From IMG/VR virus record IMGVR_UViG_3300046413_000898, positions 1-54,865 of that record: a stretch of DNA of 54,865 nucleotides. One strand, given 5' to 3'. This stretch comes from a virus (Duplodnaviria > Caudoviricetes). The stretch's first letter is position 1. The number at the start of each line of letters is the position of its first letter. Below the pieces are notes generated by a model. The model was given only the letters and a program-made list of their open reading frames with translations. It was not told where the DNA came from and did not search any database. Position numbers and translations under genes: made by a program. Shown here in pieces: positions 7,113-16,215 of this stretch.

Positions 7113-8176
7113 GCCTGCACCTCCTTGATCTGATCGGCCGGCACCTGGCGGGTGATGCGGGCGTCGGAGACGACGGTGACCGTGTCGGCCTGCGCTGCGT
7201 TGATCGCGGCGGACACGATCTGCTCGAGACGCTCCTTGTCCAGGCCAGCGGCGATGGTGCGCAGCGTCACCGATGACTTCTCGCGCATCCGCTGTTCGAG
7301 GATGCGGTGGGACTCGTTGAGGGTGCGCTCGTGGCGCTGCCACCCCAGGAACTCGCTGATGGTCTGCTCACCCTTGGCGGAACCCTGGGCGGGAATCTTG
7401 GCGCTGAGAAGCGCCTGCACGATGCGCTTCTCGGTGCGTTCGTTCTCCTCTCGGATGACGGCGCGGAACTCTTCCTTGGAGGCCATGTCAGACCACTCCT
7501 TCGTCTCGGTCGGGGCCGCCGGGGTTACCGGCTTGGCGGTGGCGGATGCCCGGGCGGGCGCGCCAGTGGGATTAGAGTAAGACCACGAGTGCTTGCCGGT
7601 GGCTGTCACCCACGCCTGGGCGGAGCGCAGTCCCTCGATCTTGCCCGGCAGCAGGGAGGCGTCGATCTTCCCCATCGAGGACCACTCGTAGTGGGCCAGC
7701 TGCAGGAAAGTGTCCGGGGCGGCAGGCTTATACATCCGCGCCAGTGCGGAGGCCAGGTAGGGCCACACGCGGATCTGGTCCGCGGTCCAGTCAGCCGGGG
7801 CGACCCCGGAGGACTCGGCCTCGATACCGATCAGCCAGCCGTTGCCCCCGTTGAGCGGCACCCCGCCGATCGGGCCGCCGACGCCGGCGTGATTCGCCCA
7901 CCCGGCGGCGACCACGTAGACCTCGCCGCCGCGCCCGAAGGCGAGGTTGCACAGCGGGCCGGGAAGGTCGGAACGTCCGCCGATCAGCATGTTCAGCGTC
8001 GGCGAGCCGGTGGTGTAGCGACGGGCGCTGGTCGTGGCCGTGTGATGGTGCAGCACGCCCTTCGGGGTGCCGTAGAACCCGCGCCCGGCCCATCCGCGGG
8101 TCTTCCACCCGTTGGTCTCGATCACGGTCAGGCCGTGCTTGCGCAGCCCGTCCGCCAGGTCAGTGAGCATCACCAT
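7109..8176 (-). CDS. endolysin, N-acetylmuramoyl-L-alanine amidase (Amidase_2)
   Basis: HHTA, GRSDLPGPLCN, ANHAG, IGIEAE, AHYEW and KID motifs. Confidence 0.9.
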   Translation of the reverse strand: MVMLTDLADGLRKHGLTVIETNGWKTRGWAGRGFYGTPKGVLHHHTATTSARRYTTGSPTLNMLIGGRSDLPGPLCNLAFGRGGEVYVVAAGWANHAGVGGPIGGVPLNGGNGWLIGIEAESSGVAPADWTADQIRVWPYLASALARMYKPAAPDTFLQLAHYEWSSMGKIDASLLPGKIEGLRSAQAWVTATGKHSWSYSNPTGAPARASATAKPVTPAAPTETKEWSDMASKEEFRAVIREENERTEKRIVQALLSAKIPAQGSAKGEQTISEFLGWQRHERTLNESHRILEQRMREKSSVTLRTIAAGLDKERLEQIVSAAINAAQADTVTVVSDARITRQVPADQIKEVQA

Positions 8177-8189
8177 GTGATGACTCCTC

Positions 8190-8612
8190 TCATGAAGAAT
8201 CCCCCGTGTCAGGCGGGGGCTTGGTGTGTAGTGGGCGTGAGCGCATGTTCTGCAGGTGCTGCAGGATCCGCCACGACAACGACGGAACCGGTGGACGCGC
8301 GCCGTCCTGCACCCACTTCACCACCGGGACCATGTCATCGATCAGTTCGTCCCGGTCGCGCAGGGCTCCCTCTAGGGCCACGAGGCGGCGGGTGTGCTCC
8401 GAGGACTCTGCCCGCAGGCTCTTGAGCTCTTGCTCCTGGCGGGTGAGTGCGCTTTCGAGGGTTTTCTGCCACTCGGACTGCACCGTGGTGGAGCGGTCCA
8501 CGCGCCGCGCCCACCACACCAGAAAGGCCGTGATCAAGGCGCCACCGGTGGTTATGAGCGCGGCCAGCACAGTAGGTTCCAGCGGCATCATGGCGGGACT
8601 AATCACGGCCAC
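8190..8612 (-). CDS. membrane-anchored coiled-coil lysis-cassette protein (copy A)
   Basis: N-terminal TM plus coiled coil; near-identical to 54022-54459. Confidence 0.75.
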   Translation of the reverse strand: MAVISPAMMPLEPTVLAALITTGGALITAFLVWWARRVDRSTTVQSEWQKTLESALTRQEQELKSLRAESSEHTRRLVALEGALRDRDELIDDMVPVVKWVQDGARPPVPSLSWRILQHLQNMRSRPLHTKPPPDTGDSS

Positions 8613-9159
8613 CCCCTGCCCTTACCCTCGGGGCATAGTCAAACGCGCCAGCGTGCGCCGCCAGCGCCAAAAGGGTCATCACCGCCCGAGTCCAGTAGTT
8701 CGCCGTGGACCCCCACCCCGAGCTCACATGCGGCGGACCACCAGCACCACCGCCACTACCGGCAGGGAACCCCATCAACCCAGAGGACTCCCACAGCAAC
8801 CACGGGCCCAGGAACAGTGCGCCGATCAGCAGTGGGATGATCACCAGCACCGAGCCAATCAGGATCAGCTGCTGCCTGGCCGCCTCACCACGCACCACAG
8901 ACAGCACCACACCCAACGCCGCCAGAACAGCGGCGACCATCCAGACACCGGCGATCACATGCGGAGTCATCCACCCCGCCACCCACGACACACCATCAAC
9001 CCGCGCCGGCGACGGACGGGACCACCACGAAGCCGCCATCAGCGCATGGGAGATCGCAAGAACAGCGAGGACCACACGGAAGAACGCCGACCTGGACACG
9101 GGAACGGGTACGCCCCGGCCGCCTAGGGGTGGCTCAGGGTCTGGTCTGTGGGTGTTCAT
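8599..9159 (-). CDS. multi-TM membrane protein (possible holin)
   Basis: About four TM helices; homolog at 54446->54865. Confidence 0.7.
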   Translation of the reverse strand: MNTHRPDPEPPLGGRGVPVPVSRSAFFRVVLAVLAISHALMAASWWSRPSPARVDGVSWVAGWMTPHVIAGVWMVAAVLAALGVVLSVVRGEAARQQLILIGSVLVIIPLLIGALFLGPWLLWESSGLMGFPAGSGGGAGGPPHVSSGWGSTANYWTRAVMTLLALAAHAGAFDYAPRVRAGGGRD

Positions 9160-9160
9160 C

Positions 9161-11230
9161 TCAGGCCACCTTCCAGGTCGTCCACCCGCCAGCAGCGGTC
9201 CACGTGCGGGTATGGCGGCGACCATCCGCACCCCACCCGGTCTGAATCACCAGCGACGAAGTCACCCGCACCACATCGACATGTCCCTCGAATCCCTCGA
9301 CCGGCCACCCACGGCCCATCGACGCCGCCGAGGACGTGGCGTAGTACCTGCCCGATTGCAGGGCGTAGTTCAGCGAGTACGAGGTGTCGGGCATCCGCAT
9401 CACCGTGTCATCCGACGAGTGCACCTGGAACCGGGCGGAGGGCGGCGGGAACCGATCAATGCCCACGAACAGGACCGTGTTCCCGGTCCAGTGCACGACA
9501 GACTGCGAGGAGTCCGACCCCCACCCATCCTCATCCCACGCCAGCGCCTGCCCCACCTGAGCGAACGTGTTCCCCGACACGACGGTGTCCAGGCTGTTCG
9601 CGGTGACCTTCACCCCGACCGTGTCAGAGCCAGTGAGTCGGACGGTGTTCCCCTGGACGGTGAGGCCACGGACTCCACGCCCGTTCTCACAGGTCAGCAC
9701 CGCGACCGCCCCGTCCTGGCGGGACTCAAAAAGATTGTCCGCCAAGGTGATGCCCTGTGGGACAGTCGGCACAGGCGTGCCATATCCGACCATCCGGTAG
9801 AACCCGACCGAGAAGTCTCGGATCACGTTGCCCACGAACTGTGTGCCGATCCACCCCTGAAAGGGCTTGCCTCCGCCGTCATTCACCCGGAACCCAGCCG
9901 AGAAGCCCTCGATCACGTTGCCGGTGATGAGAGCGTTCTTCCCTCCGCCCTCGAAGCAATAGACCCCCACATACGGGTTTGACGAGGTGTTGTAGTTACC
10001 GGATCCGGTGATCCTGTTGTTCGCCACGATCGAGCTGTTACCTCGGATCGAGAGGCCGGAACTACGGCACTCGGAGAAATTGTTGTCCGTGATCTCGCAC
10101 CCGTAGGTTCCGGGGTGCAGCGTCATCGGGTTGAACAGCGCCCCGTACGAGGCGCACTGCTTCACGTAGCAGAACACTGACGGGTACGGCGTGCTCGAGC
10201 GGTAGGTGAAGTCGTAAGGCTGCGCACCCCACGTGGTGGAACAGCCCACCAGGCCGGAGGACTGACAGGCGGCGACATGGAAAACGTTCTGCAGCGCATG
10301 GTCAGCAGCCTCGTAGAGCATCTCGGACGCGTACGCGTGGCAGTCACGGATCTCGACGCGGTAGCAGTCCTCGAGCCCCACAGCGCGGCCCCGAGCCGTG
10401 ACCTTGACAGTGACTCGCTCGACCCTGGAATCGTTGCTGCGGATCAAGCGGACCGCGCCCATGGAGAACTGGCCCACCAGCTCCAGGTCCCGGATAGTGA
10501 CCCGGTCACCGGACCCGTCCGTTGCCCGTAGCTCCGCAGAGGTGCCCGCATCCGGGCTCGTCTCCTGTGTGGCATCCGGTCGGTACCCGTCGAACACCAG
10601 CCCGCGGTCGAGGGTGATTTGCGTTGGCGAGAGCACACCCTGCACACGAACGAACTCGGAGAAGAACGGGCCCTGCCCGCCGCTCGTGGACCACCCCAAT
10701 CGGTTCTCGCCGGCGTCATCGGACGTGGAGACTCGCTGGGAGATCAGCCTCACCACGTCACCCTGCATCAACCCGTGAGCGGTCTTGGTGGTCAGCTCGT
10801 TCGCTCCCGCGTTGACAGCCACAGCGAGCTCGGACGTGACGCCGTGGCTGCCGAACGCCCGGAAGATGTTCTCCACGGTCGTGCTGCCCTGCACGAGCAC
10901 AGTGCCGGGCTCCCCGAACACCGTGGTGCCGGCCTGAACTCGCAGGTACGGCACCCCGTCCACCTTGTACCTGCCGGCCGCGATGAACAGGACCTTGCCC
11001 GCCGCATCATCCAAAGCCGCCTGCAGAGCTGGTGCGTCGTTCGTGGTCCCGTCGCCCTTCGCCCCGTACTCCCGGGCGTCGATCGCGGTGCCGTTGCCAC
11101 CAGCCCCGATCGGCAGCTCCTGGTCGTGGTTCCAGTATCGCTCGTCCAGGCGCTCGAGCATCTTGGGCGGCAACTCCCCGGTGGGCTTCACCTTGGGGTA
11201 GATCGTGTACTCGCTCATGGCGGTCGTCAT
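9161..11230 (-). CDS. tailspike / pectate-lyase-like beta-helix depolymerase
   Basis: YGAKGDGTTND..ALQAALD N-terminus; repeated ITGNVI/FVGNVI/VQGNTV beta-helix rungs. Confidence 0.8.
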   Translation of the reverse strand: MTTAMSEYTIYPKVKPTGELPPKMLERLDERYWNHDQELPIGAGGNGTAIDAREYGAKGDGTTNDAPALQAALDDAAGKVLFIAAGRYKVDGVPYLRVQAGTTVFGEPGTVLVQGSTTVENIFRAFGSHGVTSELAVAVNAGANELTTKTAHGLMQGDVVRLISQRVSTSDDAGENRLGWSTSGGQGPFFSEFVRVQGVLSPTQITLDRGLVFDGYRPDATQETSPDAGTSAELRATDGSGDRVTIRDLELVGQFSMGAVRLIRSNDSRVERVTVKVTARGRAVGLEDCYRVEIRDCHAYASEMLYEAADHALQNVFHVAACQSSGLVGCSTTWGAQPYDFTYRSSTPYPSVFCYVKQCASYGALFNPMTLHPGTYGCEITDNNFSECRSSGLSIRGNSSIVANNRITGSGNYNTSSNPYVGVYCFEGGGKNALITGNVIEGFSAGFRVNDGGGKPFQGWIGTQFVGNVIRDFSVGFYRMVGYGTPVPTVPQGITLADNLFESRQDGAVAVLTCENGRGVRGLTVQGNTVRLTGSDTVGVKVTANSLDTVVSGNTFAQVGQALAWDEDGWGSDSSQSVVHWTGNTVLFVGIDRFPPPSARFQVHSSDDTVMRMPDTSYSLNYALQSGRYYATSSAASMGRGWPVEGFEGHVDVVRVTSSLVIQTGWGADGRRHTRTWTAAGGWTTWKVA

Positions 11231-11295
11231 GGGGCCCTCCCTTGGGCATGAGAAAGACCCCAAACCAGACGGTCAGGGGCCAACGGGATGAGGTG

Positions 11296-13080
11296 TCAGA
11301 GGCGGGAGTCGGCGCGCAACAGGTCGTAGTAACCGAGCACCACAACGCGGCCCGCGTCGCGCTCGGCGGCCAGCCACTCGAGGAATGCGACGAAGTCGAC
11401 AGACGACAGGTACCCCTCGGTGTCCAGTCGTGAGGGGTGCAGCATCAGCGCCACTCCACGCGCTCCCGTGTAGGCGCCGGTGACACGGGCCTTCATGGTG
11501 TCGAGGGTGAGCGTGTCCACGGTGTAGTGCGACTGGCCTTGGCGGACCTCGCCGTCGAGGGTGCGGTACACCGTGCCGTCGAGGTAGCCGGCGCCCACAG
11601 CGTGCGTGCGCAGGATCGCTCGCCCAGGCGCAGTGTTCCACCAGGACTCGATGGAGCCTCCGCCGTCGAACCCGGTCGTGTCACCGGAGGAGCCGGGAGG
11701 CGCGTACCCATCAATGACCGCGGCCGGCAGATCAGCGCGCAGCTTGTCCAGCCCACCCTTGACCTGCTCTTCGAGAGCCGCCTCCGTGGCGGGTGGGGCG
11801 ACGTGGTTGAGGCTGTGGTTCCAGACCTCGAGCCAACCCTCAGAAACCCACGTGTTCACCTGCGCGGCGGTGACGCCGTCGTTCTCGGTGCGGTCCCAGT
11901 CGCCGCCGTTGAGGGCCTGCGCGGCCGGGAGGTTCAAGCGCTTGAGCGCGGGCACGACATTGTCGCGGAAGTTCCCGAGCCCGTGGTCGAAGCGCAGCGC
12001 GACGGCGGGCTTGCCGTTGGTCTTGATGACCGGGCGGCGGCGGGTGAAGTCCTGCACGAGCAGCGCATTCGCCAGCCCCGCATCTGCGGTAGACGCCGAC
12101 TGGGTCGGAGCCGTGAGGTCCCGCCACGCAGAGAACGGGAACGGGGACGGCGACGTGCTCGCCGTGGATCGGACCAGGAACCGCGGGTCCGACCCGTAGG
12201 TCTGCATCTGCTGGAAGATCAGCCCGGTCGTTGTAGCCCGGACGCTGACCCGCGCCGCGACACGTGGGATGCCCTGAGCGTCCGGCCACCCACCAGTGAC
12301 CGCTACGGCGTCCGTGGTGTTGCGGATGACCAGTTCCTGGTTAGCCCGCAGGTCATCGAGATTCACTCCTGCAGCGGGCTGTGACACCGGCAAGGCATTC
12401 CACGGGTTCCACGACGACGACGACGACGACGACCGTTCCCACATCGCAGGAGAGATGTGCTGCACGACCCGCTGATGAGCCACCGCCCGCTGAACCGAAA
12501 CGATCAGCAGACCCGCCGCGGTGTTCGGGATCGGGCTGTTCACGTAGGAGCGTGACGCCGCCAGCTCCCACACGCCAGCCTGATCCGGGCCTCGATACGT
12601 GTTCAGGTCAGCCCCCGAGGGGACGATCCCACGGGAGAGCATCGCCCCAGCCGTGGCGTTCTCCACCGCGACCGCCGCAGACGCATCGATGACCGCGTTG
12701 GGGACCTCGGAGACCTCGAACAGCCCCGGGTCTGCGGTCTCCGCCATCTGGAACGCGCCGCCCGGGCCCTCCGGGCCACGCGGCCCGATCGGCAGCTCCA
12801 GGTTCAGCGTCTGCTCCGGCGAGGTTCCCGTGATCGACGCACCAGCGCTGGCACCACCAGCGACCGTGCCGACACTCAGCACATTCGGGGGACCCGGGAC
12901 CCCGTACTGTTCTGCCTCCGTGCGGGGCACGAAGTCACGCTTCACCAGAGCAGACAGGGAACCGATCTCCCGAGTAATCGCCGCCGTCGTTGTCGAGGCG
13001 AGAGTGCTCCACCACTGCTCAGATGGGTGCATATCCCCAGCTGTCGGGGCCTGAATCTGCAGAGAAGTCGTACGAGGCAT
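11296..13080 (-). CDS. minor tail/fibre protein with C-terminal polysaccharide deacetylase (NodB-like) domain
   Basis: Short collagen-like GPRGPEGPG; ALRFDHG, EVWNHSLNH and LMLH motifs. Confidence 0.75.
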   Translation of the reverse strand: MPRTTSLQIQAPTAGDMHPSEQWWSTLASTTTAAITREIGSLSALVKRDFVPRTEAEQYGVPGPPNVLSVGTVAGGASAGASITGTSPEQTLNLELPIGPRGPEGPGGAFQMAETADPGLFEVSEVPNAVIDASAAVAVENATAGAMLSRGIVPSGADLNTYRGPDQAGVWELAASRSYVNSPIPNTAAGLLIVSVQRAVAHQRVVQHISPAMWERSSSSSSSWNPWNALPVSQPAAGVNLDDLRANQELVIRNTTDAVAVTGGWPDAQGIPRVAARVSVRATTTGLIFQQMQTYGSDPRFLVRSTASTSPSPFPFSAWRDLTAPTQSASTADAGLANALLVQDFTRRRPVIKTNGKPAVALRFDHGLGNFRDNVVPALKRLNLPAAQALNGGDWDRTENDGVTAAQVNTWVSEGWLEVWNHSLNHVAPPATEAALEEQVKGGLDKLRADLPAAVIDGYAPPGSSGDTTGFDGGGSIESWWNTAPGRAILRTHAVGAGYLDGTVYRTLDGEVRQGQSHYTVDTLTLDTMKARVTGAYTGARGVALMLHPSRLDTEGYLSSVDFVAFLEWLAAERDAGRVVVLGYYDLLRADSRL

Positions 13081-13089
13081 CAGCCCCTC

Positions 13090-15393
13090 CTATCGTCGTG
13101 CCAGGGGAGCCGCATCGAACTCGCCCAACGTCTTGTCGGCCCACACCCGGTCGCGTTCCTCGAGCGTCGCTCCGCCCCACAGCTGGTCGTACTCGAACAG
13201 CGTCGGACGGCTGGCGTGCACCCTGACCACCAGCAACTGCAGCGTCTGGGAATAATCGCCAGCCGCTATGGAATCCCGGATTCCGCGCACCACCCCGGTG
13301 ATGCGCAACCCCGTGCGGTGCGTATCGGTCACGGTGACCATGTCCCCGATCATCAGTCGCGCATCACCAGTTGTCTCCACCCCATCGACTACCGGGAACG
13401 GCTTCGCCGTCTGCTGAGCCAGCCAGAACGCTAACGACTTCGCCATGTCCTCGGTCTGGATCCACCAGCCCGCCTCATGGACCAAGTCCGGGGCACGGCT
13501 CGGCCCACCTACAGAGGCAGTGAAGTCGACGTCGGTGAGGGAGATCTTCATCTGGGCGCGCAGAACCGGGAGGTTGTAGTCCCGCCACTGGGGCTTCAGC
13601 ACCGTCCCAGTGTCTTGCGTAGCCAACTTGATCTCGGTTACCCCATTTGGCACATTACCCACCCAGGAATGGGTGATGTGGTAAGCGGACCCACCCAGCG
13701 GCCGGATGCTGCCCTGATACCCAACCCACTCCGTGTTCGGGTGGATGTTACCGTCCTTGTCGTAGGCAACGTACCCCATCCACGAACCCACGCCCCGGTT
13801 GAAGCTGTTCTTGGAGGTCTCGGCCTGGAAGAAATTCGGGTTGCTATCGACGTTGATCCAGATTTCGTCGTCCGGAGCGGTAATGAACTCCTCGAACTCG
13901 TCACCTGGTTCCATGGTCTCGCCCGACCCCTGCCACACCGGAATCCGTGAGCGGTTCGCGCGCTTCACCGCGCCCTGCTGGTACTTGACGACGGCGCGCG
14001 CCGAGGCTCCCTGTGCATCATGCGACCAGGTCAGATCCAGAATGTCATTGGTTGACGTGAGCTCTACGACGGGATCCCCGGCGGTGAAGTGGTTACGAGA
14101 TCGCCACTGCACTTTGTCGTCCTCGTCTACCCAGAACGCTGCGCATTCGGCCTCCGCCCACTGCGTGAGCAGGTCCAATGCTTTCTGCTTCTGGATCGGG
14201 GGGGACCAGAATAGCGAGGCCATCTGTGGCGGCGCAGTGATGCTCGCGTTGGCTACGAAAGTCTCATAACCCGAGGGAACGGCCGGGAACGCGACCTGGA
14301 CGCCGCCAACATCGTTGCCGCGCAGGTCGACTACAGCCCGCGTCATGGGCAGGTGCTCAGAACCCCACGGCAGTGTGGCGGAAGGATGTACCTTCGACCC
14401 CCGGTTGTTGGTCCTGATCGAGATCCGCCCCCGGCGGTTTCCAATCGCCTCGATGCGAATCGAGGCGCGCCGCCACCCCCGGCCGATGTCCCCATCGGTG
14501 GCTGAGAGGTAGGTGGCCCAGTCCTCAGCATCGGCCGTGCGAAATTGCACCAGAATCGACCGAGACGACGTGACGACGACAGCGATCCTCGCCCCGTTCT
14601 CGAACTGCACATAGACCCGCCCAGAGGTCTCCTGGGTGCCGGCGGCGGTCAGGTTGATCTCCAGCGGGCGAGACAGGTTGCCCTCTGAGTGCATCCCCAG
14701 ATCGGGGACGTACTCGGCGTAGAGCCGGTTACCCATGACCGAGTCCCACCCTTGGGCGAAGTAGGGCTGCTCGCGCCACGTCGACGACCGCCGCGAGTTC
14801 ACGATCGTTCCGCGTTCCGGGTATGCGGACCCCACCAGCGGCACGGACAGAACGGTCCGGGCCGGCATCGGCGGTGTCGTGAAGTAACCGCAATCGCGCA
14901 GCACTCGATCCACGAAATAGGAGGAAACGAGCCCGATGTTCATCGGGTTAGTCACCCCATCCGTTGTGGGCGCGGGCATGATCCGCGCCAGCGGCGGAAT
15001 ACTGACCACACGATTCAGCTGATCAGTGTTATCCACCATGCTGATCTGCAAATCAGATTCAGAAGCCGCCCCGCCCGCCTTATCCACCACACCCGAGAAC
15101 ACCTTCGCCCGAGACGTTCCGCTGAGCGCGTACACCTCCACAGGCGCCATCGGCTGCGGTGTCTCGGCGCCCCACGGCACCGGAGAACGATCCGTAACCC
15201 GGGCGTCCTGTAGCACCGTTGCCGATGCCGTCGACGCCGAGTAGCCGCCCACACCCGCCACCTGGTCCGGGAGGCTCGATGGAATCGACCTCTCGATCGA
15301 CAGGTCCTCGGCCGAGACCACCTCCCCGCCGATCACGAGCTCACCCGAGACCGTGGTCACTGAAGAGTCGTTATCCCACTGGATGTCACGCAT
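13090..15393 (-). CDS. minor tail protein (baseplate hub-like)
   Basis: Size and position after the tape measure; C-terminal DARLMIGDMVTV motif. Confidence 0.7.
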   Translation of the reverse strand: MRDIQWDNDSSVTTVSGELVIGGEVVSAEDLSIERSIPSSLPDQVAGVGGYSASTASATVLQDARVTDRSPVPWGAETPQPMAPVEVYALSGTSRAKVFSGVVDKAGGAASESDLQISMVDNTDQLNRVVSIPPLARIMPAPTTDGVTNPMNIGLVSSYFVDRVLRDCGYFTTPPMPARTVLSVPLVGSAYPERGTIVNSRRSSTWREQPYFAQGWDSVMGNRLYAEYVPDLGMHSEGNLSRPLEINLTAAGTQETSGRVYVQFENGARIAVVVTSSRSILVQFRTADAEDWATYLSATDGDIGRGWRRASIRIEAIGNRRGRISIRTNNRGSKVHPSATLPWGSEHLPMTRAVVDLRGNDVGGVQVAFPAVPSGYETFVANASITAPPQMASLFWSPPIQKQKALDLLTQWAEAECAAFWVDEDDKVQWRSRNHFTAGDPVVELTSTNDILDLTWSHDAQGASARAVVKYQQGAVKRANRSRIPVWQGSGETMEPGDEFEEFITAPDDEIWINVDSNPNFFQAETSKNSFNRGVGSWMGYVAYDKDGNIHPNTEWVGYQGSIRPLGGSAYHITHSWVGNVPNGVTEIKLATQDTGTVLKPQWRDYNLPVLRAQMKISLTDVDFTASVGGPSRAPDLVHEAGWWIQTEDMAKSLAFWLAQQTAKPFPVVDGVETTGDARLMIGDMVTVTDTHRTGLRITGVVRGIRDSIAAGDYSQTLQLLVVRVHASRPTLFEYDQLWGGATLEERDRVWADKTLGEFDAAPLARR

Positions 15394-16201
15394 CCGAGCT
15401 CAACTCCTTCACAGTGAACGAAATGTTCTCCATCAGCCCCTGGTGGGCGTCGATGTGCGCCAGATCAGCGTCGAAACCCTCGACCACGACCTGGCTAGAA
15501 CCACCCCCAGGTGCCCAGTCGGAAAGCTCAGCCGACCAAGCGAGCGCCGGCAACCCGACCTGCATGGCCTCCGTGACCCGCACCCGGGCAGACACCGCAG
15601 ACGCAGAGACCGCAGGGATCGTGGCCGAGACCCGCACCGGCTCAGTGCCAGTCACCCGGGTCGAGACGTTGTCCACGATCGCGCCGTTAGCGTCCACGGT
15701 CTGCACCCAGACGACTCCGGGCCCATTGATCCACACCGCGCCGGTGAGCGGCATCCCTGGCACCACAGGTGTGCCCTCCGCGAGGGTGACCAGATTATTG
15801 TCGGCAATCACCGAGTGCCGCACGAGCCCCAGTCCAGGCACCTGCCACGCACCAGCTGGATCGCCGGCACCAGACCAAGACCTGTGCGTCGGTCCGGGCA
15901 TCGACGCCCCAAGGGTCATGACGTTCGTCGTCGTGGCCTGCACCGGCACCCACGCGAACGGACCCAGGCCGAACACTCCGGCCGTCAGTGCCTTGAGGTG
16001 ACGTGCTTCCTCCGGGGTCGCCAGCGACAGCTCGCACTTCCACTCGCGCAGAACCTGCGGAGAGACCTGAGCCCGCAGCCGCCCCCCGAGCGTCGTCCTG
16101 TAGGACGCCGCCCGGGAGGACGACACGGAGGCCTTGCCCCGGATGTGAGCGAACAACTGCATGGACCCGGGTGGGCCCAGGTACGCGCCACGGAACGGCA
16201 T
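15386..16201 (-). CDS. minor tail protein (distal-tail position)
   Basis: Immediately downstream of the tape measure. Confidence 0.65.
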   Translation of the reverse strand: MPFRGAYLGPPGSMQLFAHIRGKASVSSSRAASYRTTLGGRLRAQVSPQVLREWKCELSLATPEEARHLKALTAGVFGLGPFAWVPVQATTTNVMTLGASMPGPTHRSWSGAGDPAGAWQVPGLGLVRHSVIADNNLVTLAEGTPVVPGMPLTGAVWINGPGVVWVQTVDANGAIVDNVSTRVTGTEPVRVSATIPAVSASAVSARVRVTEAMQVGLPALAWSAELSDWAPGGGSSQVVVEGFDADLAHIDAHQGLMENISFTVKELSSDA

Positions 16202-16215
16202 GATGGCCTCCTTGA

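Noticed and set aside
12412-12433. (GAC)n microsatellite
   Set aside because: In-frame poly-Ser linker; trinucleotide slippage would not cause phase variation
9161-15393. Diversity-generating retroelement or invertible tail-fibre system
   Set aside because: No reverse transcriptase, invertase, TR/VR pair or inverted cassettes are seen
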